This document shows, one piece after another, positions 44,250-58,808 of a stretch of 64,000 nt of DNA (the first letter of the stretch is position 1; every line of letters begins with the position of its first letter). The stretch is from the NCBI RefSeq assembly GCF_009914755.1, contig NC_060947.1, one strand, 5' to 3'. This DNA is from the human T2T-CHM13v2.0 reference genome, Homo sapiens. The position numbers and the translations under genes were made by a program. The notes beneath the pieces are model-generated. The model was not told the DNA's origin. It searched no databases and saw only the letters and a list, made by a program, of their open reading frames with translations.

Positions 44250-44504
44250 AAAACAAAAACAAAACAAACAAAAGAAGAAACTTTAATTATATGCATTTCT
44301 TGCATTGTGTACAAAAATAACTGAGTTAGATCTAAATAACAAATTAGTATGATAATAAATATATAAATAATATATATTAATACATTACTATTTATTTAAT
44401 AAATCCTAAAACTAAAAAAATTGTTGATGAAAACAGAGCAGAAAAATTTTTGTGACCTTGGGTTAGGCAAAGATTTTTTTTGGATGCAAAAATAGAAGCA
44501 TTGT

Positions 44505-45382
44505 ATATTTTAATTAATTTTTATTTTTATTTCAATAGATTTGGGTATATAGGCGTTTTTGGTTACGTGGATAAGTTCTCTAGTAGCGATTTCTGAGATC
44601 TTAGTGAATCTGTCACCCGAACAGTTTACACTGTCCCCAGTATGTAGTCTTTTCTCCCTCACCCCCTCCCAACCGTCCCCATGAGTCTCCAAAATCCATT
44701 ATATCATTCTTATGCCTTTGCATCCTCATGGTTTAGCTCCTACAAGTGAAAACGTACGATGTTTGGTTTTATATTTCTTAGTTACTTCATTTAGAATAAT
44801 GGCCTCCAGTTCCATCCAAGTTGCTGCAAAATACATTATTTCATTCCTTTTTATGGCTGAGTAGTACTCAATGGTGTATGTATATCACATTTAATCCACT
44901 CATCAGTTAATGAGTTAATGAGCACTTAGATTGATTCCATATATTTGCAATTGTGAGTTGTGCCATGATAAACATATGCATGCAGGTGTCTTTTTGATAT
45001 AATGACGTCTCCTTTGAGTAGTTACCCAGTAGTGGGATTGCTGGATCAAATGGTATTTTATTTTCTTGCAGCTATTGTAAAAGTGATTGAGCTTTTGATT
45101 TATTCCCAGCTTGGTCATTGTTGGTGTAGAGCAGTGCTACTGATTTGTGTACATTGATTTTGTAACCTGAGACTTTACTGAATTCATTTATCAAATGTAA
45201 GAGTCTTTTGGAGGAGTGTTTAGGGTTTGTAGGTATACTGTCATATCATCAGCGAACAGCAATTACTTGACCATTTCTTTTCTAGTTTGGATGCCCAGTT
45301 TTTTCTTTCTCTTGCCTGAGTTTTCTGGCGAGGCCTTCCAGTACAATGTTGAGTAGAAGTGGTGAAAGTGGGCATCCTTGTT
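44505..45382 (-). mobile_element. L1PB-type 3' UTR joined to an internal ORF2 segment
   Basis: L1PB 3' end text to ~45056, then RT-region ORF2 text to 45382. Confidence 0.8.
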
Positions 45383-45971
45383 AAAGCTAAGATATTGATA
45401 AATATCATATCTAAATATCCAGAATCATGTGCCAGCAAGTTTTTAATAGCTATGGAAATTGATTCTTGCTATTAAATAAAATATCAAAAAGTTTTCCAAT
45501 TTTGACATATCAAGCCCAAGAATATTATTATCTTCAAACACAGAAATTTTATAAATTATAGCGATTATATTCCATGAAAGAAAAAAATGTAAGTATTACT
45601 AGAGGCAAAATTAACAAGTAATATAGCTCTGTAGTAACCAAGCTATGTAAAACAACCATTTTATTTTGGCCACGTTATTCCAATGAATTCCTATATAGTG
45701 AGTTCTCATCTTAAAAGGAAGATCTGTGAATCTGAAGAGTATAAACATATGAGATAAATGTACACATTTCATTTTTTTATGTTTTAGCAAGCTCAAGTTC
45801 ACACCTACTTGAGGAGAAAATTTAGGATCATGTCTTCCTCTTGAAATATCAGATAATACTGGCAATAACTTACTGAAGGAAATATTTTTTGGCACAGATT
45901 TATGTTGTAATGTCAGCGTCAAAGTCAGATTTCATTATAGTCTTACTTATATTTTACTTGTTTCTCTCCAG

Positions 45972-48918
45972 CATTTTTCATAATTCAACCTGTGAGGTAC
46001 CTCAGTGATTACAAAATTATGGGATTCAAAGAGGTGTCTCCAACTCTCAGAGACAAACAAGAATCACAGCAAAAGTTAAAGGAAAAATGCAGCAACAACC
46101 TTTCCCTAGACCGAAATACTTTCATAGATAACAAGCGTCACATAAATGAAAACCACAAAATTTATCTACATAAGAGCCACTATAAGGACTACAGATATAC
46201 ACATAATTTTCAGAGTTCTGGGTCTCAAATGAATCCTATTCATCTCCTAATTGCTGAGAGTTACAACTCTGGCATTCCACCCAAATTCTGTAAGCCCTAG
46301 GTCTGCTGTACACTCCAAGACTCATAAAAATAACACATATTCTTTGGACATGGGAGCTCAAATATGTCCCAAATGTTTGATGGAAATCAGTAATTCTCTT
46401 TTTCATATATGCCTCATAAATTCTAATGATGATTCAGACCCTGACTATCCTTTACATCTCCAATTTCCCTTAGATTGAAAATATTATCTGAACCCAAATC
46501 TGTTAGACACTGCAAGACTTCTCAAAATAGCCCCTTTTCTCGGTCCCTGGATCCTAAGTCTCCTGTGGGCAACCACTGTCCTCTACACCAGGAAGATTCT
46601 AAATATTCCTTAGGTTCAACTTCTTATTTACATTGTGAAAGTTGCTCAGCTTTCCAAAATCTCTTAGGCTTTACTATTATCTGTACCTTTTTCATGAAAC
46701 CCCAAAATACCATGAGCTGCCATAGTACCCCTGGCCCAGGCAATGTCATCAACCCCAGCAACATTTCTGGTCTTAAAAGTGGCGGAAAGTACAATGTAAC
46801 TTTCAAACCCCAAAATGAGGCCAATCCTAAAAATAAGACTTAACTGATCGGTGCTGGCAATCTCAAAGATAAGACCAATGCCAAAGACAAGTCTTTTCCC
46901 AAAGATTAGTTAGACCATGAGAATAAGACAGAATCTGAAGATGAGACAGATGCTGAAGATGAAACAGACACTGAAGATAAAGACAACAACAAAGATAAGA
47001 AAGATCCCAAAGATAGGTCTGATACTAATGACACTAATCCTAAAGATAGCAATGCTGAAAATTATGTTGATACCAACAATGGTTCTGATCCCAGTGGTGA
47101 TGCTGGCTCTGCAAGTGGTGATAATTCCAACAGTGATAGTGACCCTAATAATGGAACTGACCCCAGCAGTAAAACTGACCCTAACATTTGATATGTCACT
47201 AACAATGATGCAAACTCCAAATATAGCACTGATCCTGAGGAAAACAAATACATCAACAATTCAGACAATGCTTCTGGCTTAGACAATAGTGTTGATAAGG
47301 AAAGTACTGCTGACTCCAACAATGGCACTAATCCAAATCACACCTCTGGGTCCCTAAATAGAACTGGCCAGGACCACACATCTGATTCCAACAATGATGA
47401 CAGCCCTAGCAATGCCACTGAGCCAGGCAATGACATTTTCCACAACAGTGTCCCTGACTCCAAAAATATTAAAAATGGGTCCTAAGAGCCACAGCCCGAG
47501 CAACAATGGCACTGGCCTCAACAACAATTGCCTTGGCCCCAACAATAGCCCTGGCCCCCTAAAAGACCTTGAATCTAAATATAATGCCAGGCTCAATAAT
47601 ACTACTACTCACAACACTGCTATCTGTTCTAATAATGATATCGACCCCAATTACAGTACAGAACTCATTAGTGCTGCTGGATACAACTATGCAGCTGCCC
47701 CAAACTATGACACAGACCTTGACTATGTCCTAGGATTTACCCACACAGTGGATTCTAGCTTTGTAGTTCACCCAAACTATATTGCTAGAAACAGTTTTAT
47801 GTCACCAGCCCTAGCTTTTCAACTAGTGCAGTCAATGCAACTGACATCAACACCACCACTGGTTGTAGTCATGCTATTAGTCCTAGCTATATTGCAGGTG
47901 TCAACTGTGCCTCAGACACAAACTATGTCCTTAGATTTACTCATTTCATTGTCTAACTTTGTCAATGATGGCTCTAACTTTGTCATCAACCCCAATTATA
48001 TGTCATAAATACTCATAAAGCTCATAATTCCACTATTACCATCAATATTAATTTTCCAGAGCCTGAATTAAAAATCCATTCCAGTTTCTCTATTCCTAAT
48101 ATTGTTTATAGAAATTCCCCCAACTTTTGCTGTTGGCACTAACTATACTTCCACTCCTGATAATTTGACCATCTCTAAATTTTCTGATCCATATAAGCTT
48201 GGTAGAAATTATACAATTTTTAATGACCACAAATTTGGTGCTCACTTCAAAGTCTCTGCTGACTGCATGGACTCTGCTAGCTTTAAGCATATCACTGACT
48301 CCAAAGATGTCCTAGATGCCAAGTAGTCTAACTTTTTAACAGATTTCTCTAGGGTCCAGAATCCCATTGGTATCAAGAATCCTGCTAGTTTATAGTTAGA
48401 GCAGTCGTCGGCCAACCTCCCCAACAGCACTTGGGTTTTCCTGTTGAGAGGGGGTACTGAGAGACAGGACTAGCTGGATTTCCTAGGCAGACTAAGAATC
48501 CCTAAGCCTAGCTGGGAAGGTGACCACGTCCACCTTTAAATATGGGGCTTGCAACTTAGCTCACACCCGACCAATCAGGTAGTAAAGAGAGCTCACTACA
48601 ATGCTAAGTAGGCAAAAACAGGGGTAAAGAAATAGCCAATCATCTATCGCCTGAGAGCAGAGCAGGAGGGACAATGATCGGGATATAAACCCAGGTATTC
48701 AAGCCAGCAACAGCTACCCTCTTTGGGTCTCCTCCCTTTGTACGGGAGCTCTGTTTTCACTCTATTAAATCTTGCAACTGAAAAAAAAATCCTGCTAGTT
48801 TAAACTTCCGTGACAATCCAAATATTCCACTCCCTAGTGTTGATATTATAGTAGAAGCTGAACCACCAGATGTTGTGAAGTTTGCCATACCATCAGGTGC
48901 TGTGAATCAGTTTTTAAG
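45972..48918 (+). pseudogene. Exon C (~2.5 kb without the insertion), Asn/Asp/Pro/Thr-rich repeat domain; degraded and interrupted by HERV-W
   Basis: Acceptor ttgtttctctccag|, donor TTAAG|gtaagt. Phase-1 start matches the exon B donor. Stops at 46841, 46907, 47189 and 48324, plus frameshifts. Ends ...DIIVEAEPPDVVKFAIPSGAVNQFL. Confidence 0.78.
48393..48787 (+). mobile_element. 5'-truncated HERV-W processed pseudogene (pre-LTR 3' internal sequence, LTR17 U3-R, poly-A)
   Basis: LTR17 start TGAGAGACAGGACTAGCTGGATTTCCTAGG at 48458. Ends ATTAAATCTTGCAACTG plus an A-run with no U5. 15-bp TSD AATCCTGCTAGTTTA at 48378-48392 and 48788-48802. Confidence 0.93.
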
Positions 48919-49279
48919 GTAAGTTTATATAAGTGTAGATTTTAAATTTCTTCTCATTTCCTATAATTCAGAGTATTAGGTCATTGAACAGAATCTAAAA
49001 CTTCCTTTTTCACTTGGATATATAAGCTATGGAAGAGAGGTAGCAGGATATTCAGTATTACTTCTCCTTTGACCTTTAAAGCCAGCAACATGGTTTTCCA
49101 TTTGAAATATCTATCTGCTGTACAGCTGGCGAGTGGCAAAATGGTCTTGGTTTCTCTGTGGCTGGCTGGTTTTCTACTCTATCAAGGGTTGCATAGTTCA
49201 TAAATGTAAACTTAGCCATAATCTATTGACCTACTTCCTCTTGTCCATACATGGCCTAGTGTTAGTACTTTCCTTCTAG

Positions 49280-49313
49280 GTGCAGAGAGAGAATAAAGCC
49301 AAATGAGCGTTAA
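49280..49313 (+). pseudogene. Candidate terminal coding exon D (R-CRERIKPNER-stop)
   Basis: Acceptor tactttccttctag|. Joining to the phase-2 end of exon C gives 11 codons then TAA. Short, so weak evidence. Confidence 0.4.
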
Positions 49314-50144
49314 ATACCATGGACCAAGCCATTTAAAAACAACCATGTCTCAAAAAATATCATTTTATTAAGAAGACTCTCTGAAATAGCCATGATATTT
49401 TAATCTCTCACTTAAATTCATAGAATTTGAGTTACTTTGATGACACAATAGGCAGGAGCAAAGAACTCCAAATCTTTTCTACTTTTGACTTAAAACTTTA
49501 TCTTATTTTTCCTGAAAATAAGTAAAATTATATTTTTGATGAATAATACATCTTTATCAAATTTTTTCTCTAGCACTCTGAATTGCATACACAAATTAAG
49601 ATTGCTAAGTTTGATAACTATTTTGACAGCAGCAAATATTCTTTTTGATGAAATATTATTAATGTGTTTTCATTGTGGCATAATTAAAATGGTATGCATT
49701 GAATTTTAGCCTTTTTATTCTTCATTAGTCAAGGTAAACAAACATATTTAATTTGGATTATAATGTTTGTGTGCATAAATGTGCGACGTGAAATACTTTG
49801 TTTTCTATTATAATATATAATTGAATGTATCTATACATTTAGATGAGACACAGATTCTTATAACCAAAATGAAAGTATAAAATTGGTATTTCCATAATAT
49901 TTTTACTTTAATAGAGAACAATTTTGTGATGTTTCTAAGAGACCTCATCTCCCAAGAAAGAGTCGTGATTACCTAGTATAGTTTTACACCTTCTCCTTTT
50001 GTAAACTTAAGGGTAATGTTGGCCGCTTATAAGTAATAAATATAATATTGCCCAGATAAAATCCTTAACATTAGAAAAAAGTGACATGTTTTTCCCAGTA
50101 GTTTCTTACAAATGAAACTTTGCAGTAGTATGAAAGTATTTCTT

Positions 50145-53100
50145 TTCATTTTACATTTATTTTAGGTTCATGGATACATATGCTGGTTTGTTATTATATA
50201 AGTAAGCTCATGGCATGGAAGTTTGGTGTACAGATTATTTTATCACCCATGTATGAAGCATAGCACCCAACAGGTATTTCTCTCTGATCCTCTTCCTCCT
50301 CTGACCCTCCATCCCCAATTAGGCCCTAGTGTCTGTTTTTCCCCTCTTTGTGTCCATGTGTTCTCATCATTTAGCTCCAACTTGTAAGTGAGAACTTAGG
50401 GTATTTGCTTTTCTGTTCCTGCATTAGTTTTCTAAGGATAATGGTCTCCAGGTTCATCCGTATTGTTGCACAGGACATGATCTCATTCTCTTTTTATGAT
50501 TGTATAGTATTACATGGTGTATATGTACTACATTTTCTTTATCCAGTCTACCATTGATGGTCATTTAGGCTGACTCCATGTCTTTGCTATTGTGAATAGT
50601 GCTGCAGTGAACATATGTGTTGATGTGTCTTTCTGGTAGAATAATTTATATTCCTTTGAGTATATACCTAGTAAGAGGATTGATGGGTCAAATGATAATT
50701 CTTTTTTTAGGTCTTTGAGTAACCACCACCTTGATTTTCACAATGGTTTAGCCATCTTACACTCCCAAGAGCAGTGTATAACCATTTCCTTTTATCTGCA
50801 ACCTCACCAGCATCTGTTATTTTTTTATTTTTCAATAGTAACCACTTTGACTGGTGTAAAACGATATCTCACTGTGGATTTAATTTGCACTTCTTTAATG
50901 ACTAGAGATGTTGAACATTTTTTCATGTGCTTATTGGCTACTTGTATGTCTTCTTTTGAAGAGTGTTCATGCCTTTTGCCCATTTTTTAATGAGGTTGTT
51001 TTTTGCATGTAAATTTAAGTTCCTTATAGATGCTGTATATTAGACCTTTATCAGATGTGTAGTTTGCAAATATTTTTCCCATTCTGTAGGTTGTCTGTTT
51101 ATTGTGTTGGTAGTTTCTTTTGCTGTGCAAAAGCTATTTAGTTTAGTTAGACCTCATTTGTCAATTTTTGCATTTGTTGCAATTGCTCTTGGTATCTTTG
51201 TCACAAAACCTTTGTCAGTTCCTATGTCCACAATGGCATTTCCTAGGTTATCTTCCAGAGGTTTTATAATTTTAGGCTTTATATTTAAGTCTTTAATCCA
51301 TCTTAAGTTGGTTTTTGCATATGGTGTAAGCAATGAGTCCAGTTTCAATCTTCTGCATGTGGCTAGTCAGTTATCTCAGCACCATTTATTGAATAAGTGG
51401 TTATTTCCCCATTGCTTGATTTTTGTCAGCTTTGTCAAAGATCAGGTGGCTGTAGATGTGTGCAGCATTGTTTCTTGGCTCTCTATTCTGTTTCCTTGGT
51501 CTATGTTTCCGTTTTTGTACCAGTACCATGTTGTTTTGGTTACCATAGCCCTGTAGTATAGTTTGAAATCAAGTAACATGATACATCCAGCTTTGTTTTT
51601 TTCACTAAGGATTGCCTTGGCTATTCAAACTTTTTGCTGGTTTCATATGAATTTAACAATAGTTTTTTTCTAGTTTTGTATAGAATGTTATTGATAGTTT
51701 GATAGAAATAGCATTGCATCTAAACCATTATAAATTGCTTTAGGCAGTATGGCCATTTTAATGATATTGATTCTTCCTATCCATAAGCATGGAATGTTTT
51801 TCCGTTTGTGTGATCTCTGATTTCTTTGAGCAGTGTTTTGTCATTTTCATTGTAAAGATCTTCTGCCTCCCTGGTTAGCTGTATTCCTAGGTTTTTTAAT
51901 TTCTTTGTGGCAGTTGTGAATGGGATCGCATTTCTGATTTGACTCTCAGCTTGGATGTTGTTGGTTTACAGGAATGCTACTGATTTTTGTATGTTCATTT
52001 TGTATCCTGAAACTTTGCTGAACTTGTTTATCAGCTGAAGGAGCTTTTGGGCAGAGACTAGGGGGATTTCTAGATATAGAATCGTGTTATCTGCAAACAG
52101 GGATAATTTGACTTCCTGCCTTCCTACTTGGTTGCCTTTTATTTCTTTCTCTTGCCTGATTGCTCTGGACAGAACTTCCAATACTATGTTGAATAGGAGT
52201 AGAGAGAGAGGGCACCCTTGTCTTGTGCCAATTTTTAATGGGAATGCTTCCAGCTTTTGCTGATTCAGTATGATGTTGGCTGTAGGTTTTTCATAGATGG
52301 ACCTCATTTTTTTTGAGGTATATTCCTTCAACTCTTAGATTACTGAAGGTTTTTAACATCAAGGGATGTTTAATTTTATCAAAAGCCTTTTCTGCATGTA
52401 TTGTGATAATCATCTTGTTTTATTTCTGTTTATGTGGTGAATAACAGTTATTGATTTGCATATGTTGACCCAACCTTGCATCCCAGGGATAAAACCTACT
52501 TGACTGTGGTGGATTAGCTTTTTGATGTGCTGCTTGATTTGGTTTACTAGTATTTTGTTGAGGATTTTTGCATCTATTTTCATCAAGGATGTTGGCCTAA
52601 ATTTTGTTGTTGTTGTGTCTTTGCCAGGTTTTGGTATCAATGATACTGGCCTCATGGAATGGGTTGTTGAGGAGGCCTTTCTCCTCTATGTTTTGGAATA
52701 TTTTCAGTAGGAATGGTACCAACTCTTCTTTGTACATCTGGTAGAATTCTTCGGTGAATCTTTCTGGTGCTGGGCTTTTTTTTTTTTTGGTTGGTAGGTT
52801 ATTTATTACTGATTCAATTTTGGAACTCATCCTTGGTCTGTTCAGTGATTCAGTTTCTTCTTGGTTCAGTCTTGGGGGAATATATTCATCTAGGAATTTA
52901 TCAATTTCTTCTAGATTTTCCAGCTTCTCTGCGTAGAGATGTTTATACTGGTCTCTGATGGTTATTTGTATTTCTTAGAGATGAGTGATAATGTTCCCTT
53001 CATCATTTCTAATTGTGTTTATTTGGTTCTCCTTTTCTTCTTTATTAAGTCTAGCTAGCAGTTTATCTATTTTAATTATTCCAAAGAACCAATTCCTGGA

Positions 53101-53832
53101 TCCATTTATCTGTTATATGTTTTTTTGTGTCTCAGTCTTCTTCAGTTCAACTCTGGTTTTTATTGTTTCTTGTCTTCTGCTGACTTTGGGATTGGTTTGC
53201 TCCTGCTTCATTAGTTCTTCTGGTCATGATGTTAAGTTGTTAATTTGAGATCATTACTTTCTGATGTGGGCGCTTAGTGCTTCATGTTTCCCTCTTAACA
53301 CTGCCTTAGCTGTGTCCCAGAAATTCTGACATGTTTTCTTTTGTTCTCATTAGTTTCAAATAAATTCTTGACTTTTGTCTTAATTTCATCATTTACCCAA
53401 AAGTCATTCAGGAGCAGGTTGTTTAATTTCCATGTGATTTTATGGCTTTGAGGAATTTTCTTTATATTGAAATATATTTTTATTGCACTTTGTTCCAGCA
53501 GTGTTGTTATCATTTCAGGTTTTTAAAAAATTTATTGAAGATTGTTTTACAACTGATTATGTGGTCAATTTTAGAGTATGTGCCATGTGGTGAGGAGAAG
53601 ATTGCATATTCTGTTGTTAATGAATGGAAAGTTCTGTAGATATCTATTAGATTCATTTAGTCAAGTGTTAAGTTCAGGTCCTGAGTATCTTTGTTACTTT
53701 TCTGCCTTGATGATCTGTCTAATACTGTCGGTGGGGTGTTGAAGTCTTACACTATTGTTGTGTGGGAATCTAAGTCTTTTGTAGGTCTCTAACAACTTGC
53801 TTTATGAATCTGGGTGCTCCTGTGTTGAGTAC
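50145..53832 (-). mobile_element. 5'-truncated LINE-1 (old L1PA, ~3.7 kb)
   Basis: 3' UTR plus ORF2 pieces: [27 protein letters not shown] and [17 protein letters not shown]. Confidence 0.93.
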
Positions 53833-56800
53833 ATAAAAGCAACTAAAATATGTTTTATTTTATTGCGTTGATGTTTCCGGCTGAATGAAAATATAAACGT
53901 GATAAATTTTAGATAACTAGTTTTAAATAATGAAGCTTTCATTTTGTATTTCAAATCATAACATGTAAGAACTATGTTTCCTATGTGTGTGTAAAATGTT
54001 ATGTTGATTTTAGATGAAAATGACCTGCAAAGTAAACTGCTTTCACCAGAAAAACAATCAAATTTTTAAAATAGAAGGTATTGATTCCCCCAAAATAGAA
54101 TAATAAAAATTAATTTTGAATAGAATATCTAGTCAAATAAATGCTATGCCCTGGGTACATACAACTTTTGACCTTGACTAGGTAACAGAAATATCTGCAA
54201 CCACTTTCATGATTTTTATTGGAGATTGACAGAACTTCACAATACATTATGAATAACTTAGAAACAATGCTCTACATATGCCTTCACTAGCAAAGCATTT
54301 TCTGGATGAATGGACAATTGCTTTCCCATAGAGCTTTGGTATTTCCATATTTTCCTACTTTCTTATATCCATGTCCATATGTCAATCACAAGCAACTATA
54401 ATTGAGAGAACAGGGGTGCTTTCACACTTAAATAATTTTAAAAGTTAGAAAATCTCACTTTAAAATAAATAAATTTTTTTTCCAACCATAAGTGAACCAA
54501 AACAATCAACTTAATGTCAGAATATATTCATTTTAAAGTGGTCTACCCAGTGTGTAATTTCCTTTCTCCTCATACAGCCATGGGAATAGATGAATAAGTT
54601 TAGTTATTTTAATATTAATCGAAATAAATCTTAGTAATGCTCAACCTTTAGGTGGGTTAAATATAGCACCCACATACTCCAGATAATCAAAGCAACGTCC
54701 AGCCAAATAGCTTCTTAATTAAATATATTTACATACAGATAAACAATTTTTCCATTCCTAGCTTTTTAGGAGTATGCTGCATTTTCTTAAGTGGAAAATA
54801 TGGTTTCTAAGAATTTTTAATCTAAGATACTGCAACACCGTCTTCTACCCAAAGATACAGAGTACTTGCCAAAGGTTTGTTAATTATTAAACTACTTTAC
54901 TAGGGCTATCTGTGAACCAGACCTTTCCATAAAGTCACTCTTTTATATATCGGTTTGATCATATTTCTTCATAATACTAGAGTGCTTCCATTGTCTTCCA
55001 TTGCTGAATTCATTGTCAGATAAAATAGGGTCCTGAAAGTGTTAAACTGAAATACAGTAAATTAAGTTGGAATCTCCTTTTAGGGTAAATTAGTCAAATA
55101 TCTCAAATTGAATGTAATTAATAAATACATATTGAGCAATTCAAAAATTTCCCACTGCTAACAATGTGACCTGTCAATTGTTCTCTGCATAATTAGGGAG
55201 AAAACAATTGTTAATCTGATAAAAGTCTGATGTCTTTAATGGAATCTAGACTTCTTCCTGCATCTACACTATATGTAGTTTTCTGAGCAAACCTACAAAG
55301 ACAGTCCAAATGAGAACCAATTGTTCCAAGCTCAAAGTAAAGACCATCTTTGTTACATCCCCTACTGTAAAAAATATGTGGCAGTGACTTTCTCTCCGCA
55401 GGAATTTCAGAATCATATATCTTCCCTGATGGCTCAAGATTCCTTGGCCCAGCCCTTTCAAATACAGCAACAGGATTAGTGATGCATCATATTCAGGCAG
55501 GAAGAGAAAACCAGACCAAACCAAATTGAGTCCAAAAATTGTTAAAGACTAAATTAGGAGAATTTTAATATTATCTGTCATCATAAATCTCAAATAATTG
55601 ACTAAAGAAGCTGTTTATTCCCCCAAAGGGAATTTACTTAAAATTTTAAATTTCAGAAATATTTGCTGCAGTGACACTAGTATGGATATGGTGCATTCAA
55701 CAGATGCAGGATCTGTGTAATCTGTCATGTTTTTCAGGTTTGAAAGAAACTGAGGTTGCTGTGTTGGAATGTATTGCATTTTCTACACTTAAAGGGACAA
55801 GTAGTGCTCTACATTTTTCAAAGTTTTAAATTCTGTGTCTGAAAGTATTGGGTGTCAAATATAATAAGTGTAAAATTATTAAGCAAGCATGTATGAAGTT
55901 TCTGTTTTGGCCTCTCATAAGTCATGTCAGCCAATCCCCTTCTAAAGATACCCAGATTTATTAAGTGAACTGTTTATTGGATGAAGATTGTTGATCCAGT
56001 GTGTTAGAGTTCCTCAATTAAATAAAGAATGGGTATAAGATTGTAACAGTACAAAGGCAGTATATTGGAGGCAAAGTCAAAGGAAATAATGTTATATGGC
56101 GAATGAGGGAAACTGTGGAATAATAAACATAATTGCTGCAATCTTTATTTTTACTATATTATCAAATCTCAATATGTTCTGGCTAGTCTACGTCCATTTG
56201 TAGTAGAATTGTTTTTCATCTACATTATACTTAGCATATCCTTACCTGCCTCATCTCATCACACAAGCATGGATCCATGCACCTATGTGCACAATTGCGG
56301 ACTTGGACTTTCGTAAGTTGCAAATACCAAAAATGTAAGCACTCTATGTTAACAAACCCTCATTTATTCACTAAATGCTCATCTCTTTCCCATTCTGAGG
56401 TCACTCTGTGTCCCTAATATTCTTGCATCATTCAGAAAGTAACCAAGCTGTTCTGAGCCAACTGACCTCCCTCATTGCTGACTCTGAAACAGCCTCCTGG
56501 TATATCCCTACCACCTCCTTTTTACCCTCTAACAGAAAGCCTATAAAAACACACACATGCACGCACACACCCCACAGAGATAATGTCCTCTGCTTTGGGT
56601 TTACATTGGAGACTATAGCCAACTGGACTTTTACAGTGATTTTAATAAGAAAATAATTTTTAATACAAATAACTGAATTATAAATGAATTTCTGTTGTGC
56701 AGCTCTTTTATAAGTTGAGAACAATCCTTATTTGTTCACACTTGTTATCTTGACTTGTCATACCTCCAGACAGGTAGCAGACAAAGCCTTGGCCCTGATT

Positions 56801-58084
56801 AATGAAAAGAATACCTTGAGATGAAAAAGACAAAGGCACAACCAAGAAGGTTTTGAGGATATGAGCAAATAATTTTGAAAAGTTGCAGAGATCCCTGAGA
56901 AATATTTATTGTATATACATTCACACGTTCCCTTCCCTTTACATGGCCAGGTCTTTATTGTCTATTGGGGCCATCAATGTTCCTCCAAACTACCATGTAG
57001 TAATTGCCCCATCCATCTTATTTGTTTCTAGCAGACTCTGGAATTGGGAAAAGGATACACTGTTAAACCTTGCTAACCTAAAATAATTACTAACATATAA
57101 TATGTCCTTATCAAGAAACTTTAAAGATGAGTGGCCCTTTCTTTAATAGTCATTATTCTGCTTATTATTACTTAATATTTGTTGAAGGAAGTCACACAAC
57201 AGTAGTATTCACACCTTAAAGTTGCCCAACACGTTTAAAATGAATACAATAAGTGCTGCATATGTAAAACTTTATGCCTTCCTTAGCATTGTCAATAAAA
57301 CTCCTTAAAACTGAAGTAATTACAGCTTTCACAAGACTGTATAAATTATCATATTCTGCAACTACAATATGTTGAATATCCATTGATGATTTGGTTATTA
57401 GGTTATCTTTTAAAATAAAGATTTGATTTCAATGTTACATAGCCTTTCAACTGTCTCTATGCCTCTATAATCTCTCTTCACTTCAATTCATCCTCCTGGA
57501 ATAATATTCACCCAATACTCTTTCATTACATATTCCTCAGATACTGACTTTTGCTATTTGATCAGGTCCAATCTCCTCACCCTGATGGTCAAAGAAAATT
57601 TGGCTATGACCTAACAACATTATTTTATTAGACATTATTCTCTTATGAATTCCTCTGTTGTCTGATCTGCTACCTCCCAGTTCCATGCCTACAATGTTCA
57701 TCAACTTCCCTGTGCCTTTCCTAAGACTGCCTGTCCTGTGAAAATAAAAAAAGCATGCTGCCTCGTCACATCTTAACCAAAGGCCTATAGGCCATAGATT
57801 AGAGGCATTGTAAAACTCCTTTGAGTTTATTGATTTTAGCCCCTTTATTGTAGTGAGACCCAGAGAAATTGATTTACTTGTTAAAATTCCTGCATTTAAT
57901 ATGCTTTAGAATCTGGTGCATGGACAAGAGGCCAAGTTGCCTGATGCTCAGTCTAGTGCTCTTTCACTGTATTTCATTTTGCTTTCTTAAAGCTCACACT
58001 ACATATCGTCTCTTTATCTAGCCTATACTGATCTCTTTTGTAAATTCTCATTGTACTTATAATTACCATACCATATTGCACTTA

Positions 58085-58310
58085 TAAATATCATAGAGTT
58101 TAGCACTTGTGTGGCACTAACATATTTTGAGGTCCTACTATATGCAAGGCACTGTGGTTGCCACCTCACGTACATTTGCTCATTAGTTACAGGAACCCAA
58201 GGAGGTAGGCTTTGTATCCCTTTTTTGCTGAAGATCTAAGGCTGAGAGAAACAAATTTTCCCAAATAAGTGATAGAACTTGGAATTAAATACATATCTTT
58301 TTGTTTCAAA
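58085..58310. mobile_element. MIR
   Basis: tactatatgcaaggcactgtg ... aaggctgagaga, MIR core-like. Confidence 0.55.
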
Positions 58311-58490
58311 GTATATGATGTAATTTTCTTCAAGAGTTTCAAGATGTTCATCTTGCCTCTCTTCAAATAGACTGTAAGTATTAGGTTCCTATCTATATAG
58401 AGAAGACCATGGATTAATGCCCCTTTAAGTTATGGTAGAGCTAATAGGTCTGATTACTGGAGGGGATGTATCAGAGGCAAAAGAGAAATG

Positions 58491-58808
<318 letters not shown>

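Noticed and set aside
46917-47282. 121-aa Met/Leu/Ile-rich ORF from the ORF track
   Set aside because: Shadow frame of the Asp/Asn-rich repeat frame in exon C.
51966-52830. L1 reverse transcriptase ORFs as an active element
   Set aside because: Fragmented, 5'-truncated, and the catalytic FADD is changed to FADN.
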